DNA of 64,000 nt. Source: Oopsacas minuta. Lineage: Eukaryota; Animalia; Porifera. The DNA lies in assembly GCA_024704765.1 (NCBI GenBank), contig JAKMXF010000320.1:301480-365479 (forward strand), in the 5' to 3' direction. Each line of letters opens with the position of its first letter. Position 1 is the first letter of the stretch. The position numbers and the translations under genes were made by a program. The notes beneath the pieces are model-generated. The model had not been told where the DNA came from and made no database searches. It saw only the letters and a program-made list of their open reading frames with translations. This document shows, in pieces, positions 24,205 to 37,241 of this stretch.

Positions 24205-25142
24205 ATAGCCTACTAAATATAAGGCACCAGAGATGCAGTATTACCTTAAAGCATATATAGACATGGTTTCTTTATTGCAGAAAAATGCATTTTTGGCTGA
24301 ATAAATGTATTACATTTTTGTAATACATTAAATTTTGCACAAATGAATGCAAAAACCTTCAGGAATGTGTCAAAATATGTCTCTAGTAAGCATTTATTTA
24401 GTAAAATATGGCATTCTTTGATGCCTTGTAGAACGTCAAATATTGCATTTAACGACTCAAATTGAATAAATGAAATGATCTATAGATCCTTTTATACAAA
24501 ATGTCAAAAAATTGTCATTCAAAAGTTGGCTCGTGGTTGAGTTAAGGTAGAGACCATGAACGGCAAATTTTAGTGAATATTCAATTATAACTCGACAATC
24601 CCTAAAATTTTCGTAAAATCAGAATAGTCAATTTATACTCTATACCAGACTCCCCATACCCCTGCAATACATTTTGATATGATATCTCGCATCAATGTGA
24701 CGATGCTCATATATGGTCATTATCAAGATTCCGCATTACTCTTCAATTATTTCATATATTCACTAAAATTTGCCGTCCATAGTCACAACCTTAACTCAAC
24801 AACGAGTCAACTTTTGAATGACAAATTTTTGACAATTTGTATAAAGGATCTATAGATCATTTCATGTATTCACTTTAAGTTGATAAATGCAATATTTAAC
24901 GTCCTACAAGGCATCAAAGAATGATATATTTTACTAAATAAATGCTTGCTAGAGATATATTTTGACACATTCCTAAAATTTTCAGCATTTATTTGTGTAA
25001 AATTTGATGTTCTACAAATCTGCGAAACATTTATCCTGGCAAAAATGTACCTTTTCTACAATACAGAACCATCTATATAAATACTTTCAGCTAATACTGC
25101 ATCCTGGTACTTTACTGTTAGGCCTAATATTTAGTAGGCTAT
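24205..25142. mobile_element. Foldback element with ~390-bp inverted arms
   Basis: 24205-24590 is inverted relative to 24745-25142 (ends TAGCCTACTAAATAT / ATATTTAGTAGGCTA). Confidence 0.85.
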
Positions 25143-25797
25143 TCCTGATAATATGTTTTGGTATGATATTTTGACCATTGTGAAGTAATCCTGAATATGT
25201 CTAATTATGGTCATTTTCAAGATTGCGCAATAATCTTAAGAGATATCACATCAAAATGTATCATCAGAGTATGAGAAGTTGGGCATGTATTATAATTTTT
25301 GCTATCTTGATAAGACTACAACTGTATGTCTGTAACGATTATCGCGTTATAATTGAATATTAACTTAGAAGTGCAGTACATAGTGTCAGCTGTAACTCAA
25401 GACTTTATCACGACTATTTTTTTTGATCCTTTTGATAAATTTAATTCGACTAATTCATAATTCAACTATGAAATCAAAGATCAATATTATTTGTTTTATT
25501 TTCCAGCATATCAGCCTATTAAGCAATCACATGACGTCTTTGAAATATTTTCTAGATGTGAAATGTGCGATTTATCACATCATATTTGTGAAACTTGATG
25601 ATAGTCTTCCAATCAATTACGATCACTTTTTATTCATCCCTTGTCCAGAAAATAATTGTAGTCTCAAGTCCTTATATTACGTAGTTCACGATAAGGCCTA
25701 CCATCACCCTCAAATTTCCCCCCTCAATGATATAATAAACTCGTTATTGCCAATTTATAGTAGATAACCGATTTTCTTCTATGCTTTAACATTGATA

Positions 25798-28700
25798 CCT
25801 ACCTCCCATTAAGGAACATCTCGCTATAGTGAACAGGATGCACTCTTTTGTGTCCCAAATATCACCTAGCCATCCAAATGGACCCCGCCCATTAAAGAAC
25901 ATAAGGGTTTATCATAATTCGTGGGGATCAACATGACAGTCAGTGGGTTGAATATTGTTCTTAGTTTGTGGGGATCAGTGTGATCGATGTTGTTTTGTTC
26001 TTTACACGACTGATTATTGAAATGACAATTGTTTATATCAAAAGGAAGCCATTTCCCATTGTTTGGTTAGCTTACATATACCACTGTCTATATGAAGATG
26101 ACAGTTTGTCATCTTCCTTGGTCTGTTTATCTCAAAACAGAATCATCACAATGTCTTCAACAAAATCCAGAAAGAATCTAACCTTTTCACAGAAGTTAGA
26201 GATATTGAAGGAAGGTGAAAAAAGAAGTCAGCGGACAGTTGCCGCTAAGTTTGGCGTTTCCTTTGGAGATGTGAACCGCGTGGTTTAGCGAAATTTAGAA
26301 CTGGGAACATTGGCCAAGAACAACCCCCATCATACTGATAAACGCGTAAAATCTGAAAACGAGGATCTCGATGAGAAATTGTGGGAGTGGTTCGTTGCAA
26401 CCCGTTCCAAGAAAATCCCAGTGTCAGGTCCTATCCTCCAAGAGAAAGCCCTGGATATTGCGACAGAACTCGAAAAGACTGACTTCAAGGCAGCAAATGA
26501 CTGGCTTGAAAAGTTTCATCTTCGCTATAATGTCAACTTCCAAGTTTTGAGTGGTGAGAGAGCAGGTATTGACCAAGCCGTCGTCAAAAACTGGAAGCAA
26601 CGCCTTGACTCTCTCATCAACGAATACAGCCCTGACGACATCTTCAACTTCGATGAAACAGGCCTCTTCTACAAGGCATTGCCAACAAACTCTCTCGTGC
26701 AGAAGAGAGACTCCAGCCATGGGAACAAAGTACCAAAGGAGCGATTTACTATTTTCCTCTGTTTCAATATGTCAGTAACAGAGAAATTCATTCCGCTAAT
26801 TATTGGGAAGATCAAAAAGCCCGATGCTTCAACAACATCAAGTTTGTCTCAGTGCTGTCTGTAACTTGGAAACACAAAAAGAAAGCTTGGATGAACATAA
26901 CCATGTTCGATGAGTGGCTGAAAGACTTAGACCGCAGCATTGCAAAGAAGAAGAGGAATATTTTGCTGTTCGTGGACAATACTCCCAGCCATCCCAAGAT
27001 TGAACTCTCTAATGTTGTGATCAGGGTTGGGGTCAATTACATTTGTTCAATCACAATTACGAATCAAGTACAAGACAGGTAAAATGTTCAATTACAATTA
27101 ATTAAAATTACACTGTATAAATATTAACTTTTAATTATGAATGCAGTAAACAAGATAGGGCATAAATTAAGACAATCTTAATAACTAAACAAATTATGAG
27201 ACAAATATTAAACTAATCTACTATTTAAGAAGGATGATACTATTTCCAATTCAAATTTAATTCTTAATGGTAGATAGAGTTTCACCTTATGAACATTAGT
27301 TCTTCAAACCGATTATCTGATATCCTACATCTCTCCGGTTTGAAAACTTACCGGCTATCGAAAACAACCTTTCAACCGGGGCTGAAGAAGCGGGGGTTGC
27401 AAGATACCACAAGGCAACCTTTGTAAGCTGAGGAAACTCTTCCTGGTGTTACTGCAAATAGATTAATGGCTCAGCATTCTCTGAGATCGTTGGTTGAGAG
27501 AGATATATCTCCACCTGGTTTGTGACGGTTCCTTCGAATTCGATATTGGACTACTTTGAGATACCATAATGTTGAATAGTTTGCATATTTTCCTTGCAGG
27601 TGATGATGTTGTCTCCAATTCATCCATTTCATTCGGTCCATATTGTAATGAGACTTCTTCAATAAGGAGATTAGTGTAACGAGTAACTTCATCAGGTCTA
27701 CACCAGTCTAATTTCCACCTTAGATCAAGGATTGCTGCCATTTGAAATCCTTCATTTTGTTCGTATCGTGCAAAACGGATATTGACTGATGATATTAAAG
27801 TTGTGACAATTTGTGATTTGTATTGGGAAGAAAGAGTGGTTAGTTCGGATCTCATACCGCGAATGCAAGGTAGTATAAGGCTAGCTGTGACGAGGTCCTG
27901 ACCTTGGAACTGATCTGTTGCTATCTCAAAGGGAGTGAGTATCTCTGTGATTTCTTAGAGGATATTCATTTCCTACTTACTAAGTTTGCCAGAGAAATCT
28001 AACATTTCCATTTTCGCAGGATCCGCTTGAACAATAGCCTTTAGCATCTTATTAATATTATTCCACCTTGTATCATTCTTTGCTTTTAACTTTATATCAT
28101 TTTAAATAACTCTGTGGCCAAGGTTGAATGGCGGATGTGGCTAACCAGTTTGGACGCTTTAGTAATAGTATTCGATATTGATCCTATCTCCTTCAGTCCA
28201 TCCTTAACTACTAGTTGGAGAGTATGTGCAAAGCAGGGGACGTGTTTAGGGAGGTAATCCAAAATATTGAAACCAGGAAGGAATTCCATTTCATTGCCCT
28301 CATCATCACTGTCATTATCACTTAGGTTATCTACTTCAAATCAGGAAGAGTTACGAACGCTTTAATCATATTTGCAGCATTGTCACTGATTATGTAGTGA
28401 TCTTTTTCTCAATATTGAAACTACAAGTGACTTGTGTTGGTAGTTTAGAAGTATGTTTTCAGCAGTGTGAGGACTCTTAAAGCGACGACAGGCTAATATG
28501 ACACTCTTAAGTTTAAAATCTTCAATAAAATGTCCTGTTATGCCAACATAACTTCTCATATCTCTACTCGGCCAGTGGTCTAATGTCAAACAGATAGCAT
28601 CAACTGCGTTGAGACATGTGAGAATGTTGGCATGAAGTTGAGTTGTTCTCTCAGGTAGGAGCCTGGTACTAAGATGTTTACTGCTAGGTAAGATGTAAGC

Positions 28701-30562
28701 TGGTTGAGCTTTATGTAAAAGTGCACGGAAGTTTGGATCATCAAATCTGAAAAGTGGTTGTAGTGAGAAAGCAATAAATTTTACAACACTTTTTGTAAGA
28801 TTTATTCGCCTAGGGTCTTTTAAACTTCAAGTGTCTGATGTAACAGAAATAAATTTCGTAATACTCTGATCGGACGGTGGACCAGTCTCGGGATTTATGT
28901 CAACCTCTGGATGATGCCTCTAGTGATTAGAAAAAAAGTAATTTGACCTTTCAATGGTGAAAATGTAACTACGTATTCTGAAACTTACCTTCATGTGAGT
29001 ATGGAAGTTGGAGGTTGCTGTATATGAGCCAGATACCAATTTGTTCCAGTGTTTACATTTCAATTCAAATATGCCGCTAGTATGATTTTCAGGAGGATCA
29101 AAGTGATCAAATATAGGAGGAGACATTGTAAATGAAATTTTAATGTGAATACTACGTTGCAAGTTGTTATAACAAATGAAAGTTCTAATTTATATTATAT
29201 TTTGACAATGACTAGTATATTTGGCTTCTTTGTTAAATGAAAATATTGATCGTTTCATTTGTTTTTTCACAGGTTACATGCATTTTTTTAGTATTCATGC
29301 TGCAGTGATATTTATAGGAATTTTGTGTTTATGAACACACAATTCCAATCTTAGTGTGTTCGTGATACACAAAGTTTGGAACTGTGTGTTCTCGAACATA
29401 CAGAATTTTATAATTCACTGGAACATTTCACATCCATGAAAAACCAAAATGTAGTTGAAATATAATTGAAGTATTACACCAAATTGGAAATCAATTACGA
29501 TAAATTACGATTATAAGACTCCTCAAATTTTCAATTACAATTAAATTACAATCATAGAGTAATTGTAATTGACCCCAACCCTGGTTGTGATCAAGTTCTT
29601 CCCTGCCAACTGCACATCAGAACTTCAACCCATGGCCATCATCAAGAAATTAAAAACCGGATACAAGAAGCGACTGCTAAGTTGCCTCATAGTCAAAATC
29701 GACTCCATTGAGACTGGAGATGAACTTATCAAATCCGTTAACGTCCTAGTTTCCATCTACTGGGTCGCACAAGCTTGGCAAGATGTGACACAGGAAACTA
29801 TCCAGAAGTGCTTCGCTCGTAGTGGGTTCAATTTCTTCGAGGAATTTCGGTTATTCGAGACATCAGATTCAACAGAACTAAACAGTATAATGAAAAACTT
29901 CGCAACAATTTCCGAGACAGTCTCCTGTCACACCGAGGACTATGTGTACATTGACAGTGGGAACCAGGTTCATACTTTGGAATCAACTGACTGGGAAGCT
30001 GAATTTCACTCATGTATCAATGATAGGACATCATACTAGATGAGACTTCTCAAGATTTACCAGAACATTCAGTGCATTCTGACTTGGATGTTAACATTGC
30101 TATAGTGGTACTCAAGTTATATGCGATTCACAATTCTAGTGTCCTATGGTCAATCGTCAGTACTGAGATGTTGTTTATGGACATATTATAGAAAAGGGTT
30201 GCCACATGTCTCGGAAATTTCTCGCAGACATTTTCAAAGTTTTATCAATTGGACTATTAACTACATTTATTAATACAGATTCGTTAAACGTGTACCTACA
30301 TAGGTACTCAATGGCGTGTGTTATACTGAAAATGGTTAATAAAATACACTAAATTAGTTATTTAATCAACGTTCATTACGTCCAGTAGGACATCTTGCAT
30401 ATGTTTACAAATAAACATTCATACACCTCTTATAGTTTATGGTAGGTCCTTCATAATCTATAGGAGGTACATAAACTATACAAACCTCTTTTCAAGGAAC
30501 ACCTCCATATTAGGGACACTTTCAGCAGTCCCAAAAGTGTTTTCTAATAGGAAGTTTTACTG
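25798..30562 (+). mobile_element. pogo/Tigger-like element (CENP-B HTH + DDE_1 transposase, ~26151-30039), split by a hAT insertion
   Basis: Motifs RKNLTFSQKLEIL, LDEKLWEWF, PVSGPILQEKA, FNFDETGLFYK, KKAWMN, LLFVDNTPSH, resuming at VVIKFFPANCTSELQPM. The right TIR ends TTTTACTG|TA; the left TIR is degenerate. Confidence 0.88.
27022..29583 (-). mobile_element. hAT (Ac/ZBED-like) element with intron-containing BED-finger transposase (~29126-27280)
   Basis: Perfect 20-bp TIRs CAGGGTTGGGGTCAATTACA and an exact TSD GTTGTGAT (27014-27021, 29584-29591). Motifs CKH...HTHMK|RHH, LTLDHW...SYVGITGHF, CFAHTLQLVV, NDTRWN, KVFKPERCRI. Stops and frameshifts present. Confidence 0.93.
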
Positions 30563-31082
30563 TATATCGTTGGCTTTGTTTGTATACTATAATAATAGCA
30601 TTGTATTTATTATTGTATACAATAAACTGTTCAGTCATACTATTGGTTCGTATATAATTACATAGAAGAATAACTGCCATGGCTTTCCATAGAGATAGTA
30701 GTATACATAGCCTTCTCGATATAAGGGCAATTTCTAATATGGAAAGTTAAGACAAAATCCAATTTAGAAAGTTAGGACCAACTCCATTTTTACGTTTGGA
30801 CATTTTCCAAATTTCAATTACTAGTTAAAACAAATTCCAAACTTGGAATTGCTTTAGGACAAATTCCGAACTCAGAATTTGCACAAAATCCGATATCCCT
30901 TCTGATCGTAGGCCTTATATTGAAGGCTATGTATAATGAATGCTATCTCAATGGGAAGCCATAGGCTATGTCATTTAATTATATTATTTTAACACGAACC
31001 AAGTATTTGACTGAACTGTTTATTGTAAACAATAATAGATACAATGATATTATTATAGTCCATGAACAAAGCCAAAGATATA
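30563..31082. mobile_element. MITE/foldback with ~170-bp inverted arms abutting the pogo end
   Basis: TATATCGTTGGCTTTG ... CAAAGCCAAAGATATA; 30563-30730 is inverted relative to 30910-31082. Confidence 0.75.
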
Positions 31083-31199
31083 CAAATTTCCGAATATTTG
31101 TGAGTAATGTTGTGAAGAGGGCCTCGATTTGAAATTAGCCTAGGGCCCAGAACTACCATAATCCGCCCCTGGATAGTAGATAGTGCCGAGGAAAATATT

Positions 31200-31981
31200 A
31201 AAAAGCTGCGTTAGTGTCACAACAGGAGGCCATAATAATTCTTTGGGATTGAACATGGATGATAAATCCATAAATTTCCTCATATTTTGTGGATTCGAGG
31301 CACACAGTTCCGAGTATATCGTGTCGCGAAGTGCCCCAAATTACTAGGACAGTGATTCAGAACGGGGTCCACTTGGTCCCCCTGGGGAGGCATTTCATGT
31401 CCATGGGGAGGAATTAGTGAGGATTATGTCAAGGATTATCCACCAGGCCTAATGGGTCACTGACCACTCAAAATGGATTCATCTAGTCAATTAATTTTTT
31501 GGCTTAACAGGGTTCAGTACTTGCGCTAATATTCATATTATGATATCTAACCAAATATTTTTTATTAAACACATCCAAACATATGAGTATACATCGAATA
31601 TAGATAGGCGTTTAATAATTATGAGTAATAATACTTGTTCGGTAACACTATCATTGTTGAAATAATGTATAAGTGTTGATATCAACACCATATTTTATTC
31701 ATTATTTGTTATATTTTGGATTATTATACGTTGTTCTATTCAAAATGCCAAAATTTTCAATTGTTTGCTTGGTAGACTAGTTGAAAATAATCATAACTAT
31801 TACAGAAATTAAGGTATAATGATGATTCAAAGATTGGAAGGCTATGGAAGATCCTGGGGGTCGCTAGGGGAGGAATTCGATGTCAGACCTTGAGAAACAC
31901 TGCACTAGAAGAAATGTATGTTTTATACTTAAACTAAATCCGAGGCACGAAGTGCGCGAGATAGCAAGCAAAGCGGGCTAG
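31200..31981 (+). mobile_element. Non-autonomous Helitron-like repeat interrupted by a MITE
   Basis: Similar to 6470-6691 (TGTCAC..CAGGAGGCC, GAGGCACGAAGTG); ends GCAAAGCGGG-CTAG|T at 31978-31982. Confidence 0.5.
31350..31902. mobile_element. Buster/Charlie-type hAT MITE
   Basis: Ends CAGTGATTCAGAA / TTGAGAAACACTG; 8-bp flanks TACTAGGA / CACTAGAA (central TA, two mismatches). Confidence 0.6.
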
Positions 31982-32389
31982 TTTTACCAAAGATTGGGTC
32001 TCTCTGAATATTGTATCAATGTATATGAGTTTTGTTTGGAAATTACATGGCCTGTATTTTAAGCCAAATGCGAATCATGTCAGACTACCGAAGTACCAGG
32101 TACCTCGTGGCTACAAATCTGACATTAGACCCACCACCCAGCTATGGGCCCAAAATTTCGGGAGTGACCGCCCCCTTGCATTCGCTCCTTAATTCGTTTG
32201 CCGGACCAATGTTCAAATGCTTCCGCTGCTAATGAACTGGAAGACCTCCAGAGTTGATTTTGCCATACAGGGTTATTTGGGCCTGGCTCGGACCTTATGA
32301 CGTAATTGTCACCATTTTGGATTTTTGAAAAATATTAATATTAGCTACTGCTCAGATCAGCAAGTATAGATGATAGAACATTGAAATTT

Positions 32390-33748
32390 GAATTACAGGT
32401 AGGCCTCAATGCGACAAATGTCCTGGCGTCATGATTTCGACCAAATACAAACTCATCACGAAATTATTGCGTAGAAATTTCGAGGATAGGTTAGAATGTT
32501 TTCATACACGAGGCACAAAATGTCAAGTACACTGCATCGTCTAAGCGGCCAAGAGCACTTTGAAATTTAGCGGTTTCATACTATGCACTAAGCTCAAAAT
32601 GAGGTAATAAGTTGTCCGGAGCGCTCAAGCAAGCGAAGGGTACCCATATTTCCGTGTTTACGAGCGCAACTTTTGCAAGGAAGTACCGTGTAAAGTTGAT
32701 AAATAGTGTTACAAAATGGCAAAATACGCGTATTAGCTAGGAAAAGCCTTGTTGCAAATACGATTTGCTATTCGGCGGTTTTCACTGTAGAATAATTGCG
32801 TTTTAATAGTATAAATGACTTTAAAATGCTTAATCATCGTTAAAATTTGTCACTTTTCACGGCTGTTAGCTACAAAATTTCGAAAAAAATTCGAATTTCA
32901 ATTAGTACAGTATATAGTATTCCATACGCTAAGGGGAAATCTCACAATTTCTGAGCGTAAATTAATAAGCTGAATCATAAATTTTGAGTTGTAAATTTGT
33001 AATATTCAGATAAGGTGTACATAAGGTGTACAGTTCGACTCCACTTAATAGAATCACATATTGACTAGACCGTTTTGATCCGGTCAAGCGGAGTCATTTA
33101 ACACTACTTGCATGCATAGGTATAGTTGCAGGGGGGTTGGGCATTGTCCCATACCCTGGATTTTGTTAAAATGATCTTTACGATAGAATCTTTCAGGGGA
33201 GGTACTTAGGTAGTATCATAAAAGGCGGTCTGTGTGCAAGTTAATGCTGAAAAATCCTCCACTTTTCTCAGTTCATTAATTTTCTCCATCCTATGCAAAT
33301 AGATAAAGGGATATTCTTTATTAGTACAACGGGCGTTCAAAAAGTTCCCGACTCTACCCCATATTTTGTAACTAAACAGAATATACATGTACAATTCTTA
33401 TATTTTTTCTAAATAGTCACCATTAACGTCTATGACTCGTTGTAGACGATCTGACAATTTAAAAAAATACATTTTTATAGTCTCGGGGCGGGATGTCTTT
33501 TAGGGATCTCCAAATTGCGTTCCCTAGGTCGATTCTGGTATCAAAATGCCTGCCTGTAAGGTCCTTTTTCAACTTTCCAAAGAACCAGAAATCACAAGGA
33601 GCGAGGTCAGGTGAGTAGGGTGGGTGATCTAGCTCCACAACTCTCATTCTATCCAACTCTGACTTTATAAGCTTACTTTTATGTGGCCGTGCATTATCAT
33701 GCAATAATCGCATGCCCCACTGTCCAGACTTTGGTGTCTCCTCTCCCA
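32390..33748 (+). repeat. Copy 1 of a near-identical block repeated at 62601-64000
   Basis: Colinear with 62601-64000 apart from about a dozen scattered differences and one non-matching patch (~32640-32698 vs ~62850-62953). Confidence 0.95.
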
Positions 33749-36700
33749 GTAATGTAGTGGTTCTCAAACTGGGGTACGCCAGCACTTTTCCTAGGGGTAC
33801 GCCGGTGTTTCACCTAAGCATATCAATCCTGTAAGTATCATATACAAATATTTCGAGTTACACTCCATCATGTCAACAGACTCAGCATATAGATAGTAAT
33901 TTCATGCCAAATAATTAATATGTATCAGTTGCAAAGGTTTCATCACTATTTATTATCACCCTTGAATATTTATTGTTTGAGCTTATGCTAATTAAGGATT
34001 CCGTTGCCCGTACATATGTGTCAACTCATATTGATTTGAATATCACACCCATCCGTGTATCGTATTGTTCTTATAAAATGGAATAAAATGGAAATTGGAA
34101 GAGTATTTCTTTGAGACCTTGACTTTATCAACAAACTCATATGCAATCGGCTAAGAAACGGAAATATAATGAAGATTATATCAAATATGGATTTACATCC
34201 ATACTTAAAGAGGGACGGGAACTACCACAATGTGTAATATGTTATAAGGTGCTATCTGAGGGCTCGATGAAACCAAGTTTTCTAAAGTGCCATTTAAGCG
34301 GGTGCCACCCAAATCTTGCAGATAGGGATATAGATTTCTACAAGCACCAAGAGGTCGGAGTAAAGCGAATCCGTCTAGAACACAGAGGACAATTAAGTCA
34401 ACAGACTCAAGCAGGTCTTCGTGCCTCGTACATGGTGGCTTTGCGAATCGCTCAAGAAAAGAAACCACATACGATTGCAGAAAATCTTATACTCCCCTGT
34501 TGTAAGGACATCGTGCACTGCATTTTGGGAGATAGCGCCGAAAAGAAACTCGCCTCTCTGCCTCTCTCGAACGACACAATCAAGCACCGAATTACAGATA
34601 TGGTAGATGACGTTGAGCAGCAGGTAGTTGCTGAGATTTTGGGAGCCCCGTTGAACACATTTTCAATTCAACTTGATGAGTCAACGGATGTTTCTAGTTG
34701 TGCACAACTACTGGTATTTGCACGGTACATCAAAGACAGGGACTTCAAGGAAGAGTTCCTATTTTGCCATTGTTTGGAAACAACTACAAAAGGAGAAGAT
34801 GTCTTCCAGCAGGTCTCTGATTACTTTGATAGAATGGGACTATCCTGGAAGAATGTTTCTGCTTGCACAACAGAGGATGCTCCTGCTATGCTTGGAATTC
34901 ATTCGGGATTTCGAGCTCGGGTAAAGACAGTGAATCCCGTTTCGAAACACAATCACTGTATGATACACCGATACCCTCTTGCGTCTAAAACACTTCCATC
35001 CGATCTAAAACTTGTTCTTGATGATGTTGTCACCATGGTCAATTTTATCAAGTCCAGTGCTCTTAATACACATGTGTTCCGCCTATTGTGCCAAGAATTA
35101 TATATTGACCATCAGAATTTTCTGTTCTATACTGAAGTTCATTGGCTCTCACGAGGGAACATGCTCTCCCGAGTATATTAACTGAAAAACCAATTGCTTG
35201 AATTCTTTGAACGAGATGGGAAAGAGAAGCCAAAAGTATTCTTCGGCAAACTCTCAGTAAAAGAATGACTGAAAAACTCGCCTACTTAAATGATATCTTC
35301 TCACGAATCAACTTGCTCAACAAGTCCCTCCAAGGTTGTTTATTACCGTGATTGATTGTGTGGACACGTTTCGGCATTTGTTATGAAATTAGAACTCTGG
35401 GAAGTTAAATTAACCGTGTGAAGGTTCTATTTTTTTTGAAAGCCTCTCAGCAACTCTTGGAGAAGAGGGTACTACAGCAGAGTATAGGTACTCTAGCAAA
35501 GGCTCACCTCTCAGCATTTCGAAATGAATTTCAAACTTACTTACCAGATGTGAGCGATCTGGACATGAAAATGATTCGAAATCCATTTAGATGCGATGTA
35601 AGTTCTACACCAGACAGAGTCTAAGAGGAATTTGTTGAATTAGTCATGATTCTAATGCCCAAAATCAATTTGAAACACTCGCACTCACAAAGTTCTGGTG
35701 CGAAATGAGCTTGATATATCCCAACGTGGCAGATAGAGCAGTAAAAACCTGATATTTCTCAGTACTTACATTTGTAAACGAGGATTTCAGCACTATTACT
35801 CTATAAAAACAAATTTCGAGCGCAGTTGTCTGTGAAACTGATCTCCGTCTGGCTCTTTCAAAAACGGTGACACGAGTTGATAACCTGATACACAACATGC
35901 AAGCACAGCCTTCCTACTAATTAATTATGACTTTATTTATATTGCTAGATTCAAAACATTTTTATTTTTCACACCTGGGTAAATGGGATTGTAAACCTAA
36001 TGCTTACAATGCAGGCCATTTTAAGGAGTACATCACACACAAGATCCAGTTTGAGGGGTACGCAATGAGAAAAAGTTTGAGAACTACTGCAGTAATGTTT
36101 TTCTATTTCTGTGAGGCAACTGTTGGCATAAAAGTCCCCGGTAATTGTTTTCCCTTTTGGTATAATAATCTGGGAAAATGGGCCATGTGCATCAAAGAAA
36201 ATTGAGTACAGGACCTTCTGATCTCTGAAGTCCGACCTAAGATTGAGAGGAGGTGCCTCAACTTTTACGATCTTTACCTTATTTATTTCTTTGGATAGTG
36301 GCTTGCCGTATCTTATCCAAGTCTTGTCACCAGGAATGATTTCTGCCAGCCTTCTTGGATCCGAGTATTTATACTAGGAGAGCATTTTTCTTGCACAAGT
36401 TACTCGACGGTCCCTCTGTTCCTTTGTAAGGGAATGCGGGACCCACATCGAACAAATGTTGCTAACTTTCATCTCATCGATAAGTATGGAGTGAACAGCT
36501 CCCGTTGAGATCCCTACACTCATAGCTAACTCCTCAACAGTGATATGAGGATCTTCTTCCACTCCCCAGCGAATTTCAGGTGTTACTGCGAGTGACGGCG
36601 GATCTGGGTGCCCGATTCGTTCCTCATCTTACATTGACTCTCGTCTTCCACGAAACCGCTTGGCCCACTCCTTCACAGTAGTATATGAAAGGCTAGCATC

Positions 36701-37007
36701 TCCATAAACTACTTCCAAGTCAATGAGAATATCCTTAGGGCCAATACCACGAAGCGTGCGAATTTTGATATAGGATCTTTGAACAAATTTCAAATTTGAA
36801 AGCCATAAATCCTGGAAAATACAAGGATAGTCAAAACTGAGAAATTTCAAATAATCGTAACTAGAAAACTATTGACGATATGGTGAAAGTTAAAGTAGTT
36901 CTGAATAGATAATAAAATAAGGTTCGTTATGAATACAGGTACGTAATATAATATCTTATATCTTCAAATTCTACGACCTTGGTCGGGAACTTTGTGAACG
37001 CCCGTTG
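33327..37007 (-). mobile_element. Mariner (DD34D) element split by a Buster hAT insertion
   Basis: TIRs CAACGGGCGTTCAAAAAGTTCCCGAC / GTCGGGAACTTTGTGAACGCCCGTTG with TA flanks. HTH region near 36800-36400 (WVPHSLT); catalytic HDNARPH and HPPYSPDLAPCD at 33720-33590. Internally deleted. Confidence 0.92.
33755..36089 (+). mobile_element. Buster-family hAT element (ZBED8/SCAND3-like transposase ~34141-35920, decayed)
   Basis: TIRs TAGTGGTTCTCAAACT / AGTTTGAGAACTACTG and an exact TSD CAGTAATG (33747-33754, 36090-36097). Motifs RKYNEDYIKYGF, PQCVIC, KPHTIAENLILP, PLSNDTI, FSIQLDESTD, HCMIHR, EVHWLSRG. Confidence 0.93.
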
Positions 37008-37058
37008 TACTAATAAAGTTGTAATTCTTTCATTCATACAACTTGATACTTGTAATTA

Positions 37059-37241
37059 CAGTAGAACTCGGATAAGACGTACCCCCTCGGAAACAGAAAT
37101 TAGTACGTCTTAACCGAGTGTACGTCTTATCCGAATATGTTGCATTACAAATAATGATGACTGATATTTTGGGATATAAGAAATAGTACGTCTTAACCGA
37201 GTGTACGTCTTAAGCCGAGTACGTCTTATCCGAGTTCTACG
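37059..37241. mobile_element. pogo/Tc1-type MITE with internal GTACGTCTTA repeats
   Basis: CAGTAGAACTCGGATAAGACGTAC ... GTACGTCTTATCCGAGTTCTAC with TA flanks. Confidence 0.8.

Noticed and set aside
25423-25767. 114-aa ORF and similar short AT-rich ORFs (e.g. 10757-11113, 42926-43204, 48809-49156)
   Set aside because: They overlap MITE/TIR sequence or have I/F/L/Y-biased composition with no motifs; likely spurious.
34205-34924. Several overlapping ORFs within the Buster, pogo and maT transposases
   Set aside because: Shadow frames of the real transposase ORFs.
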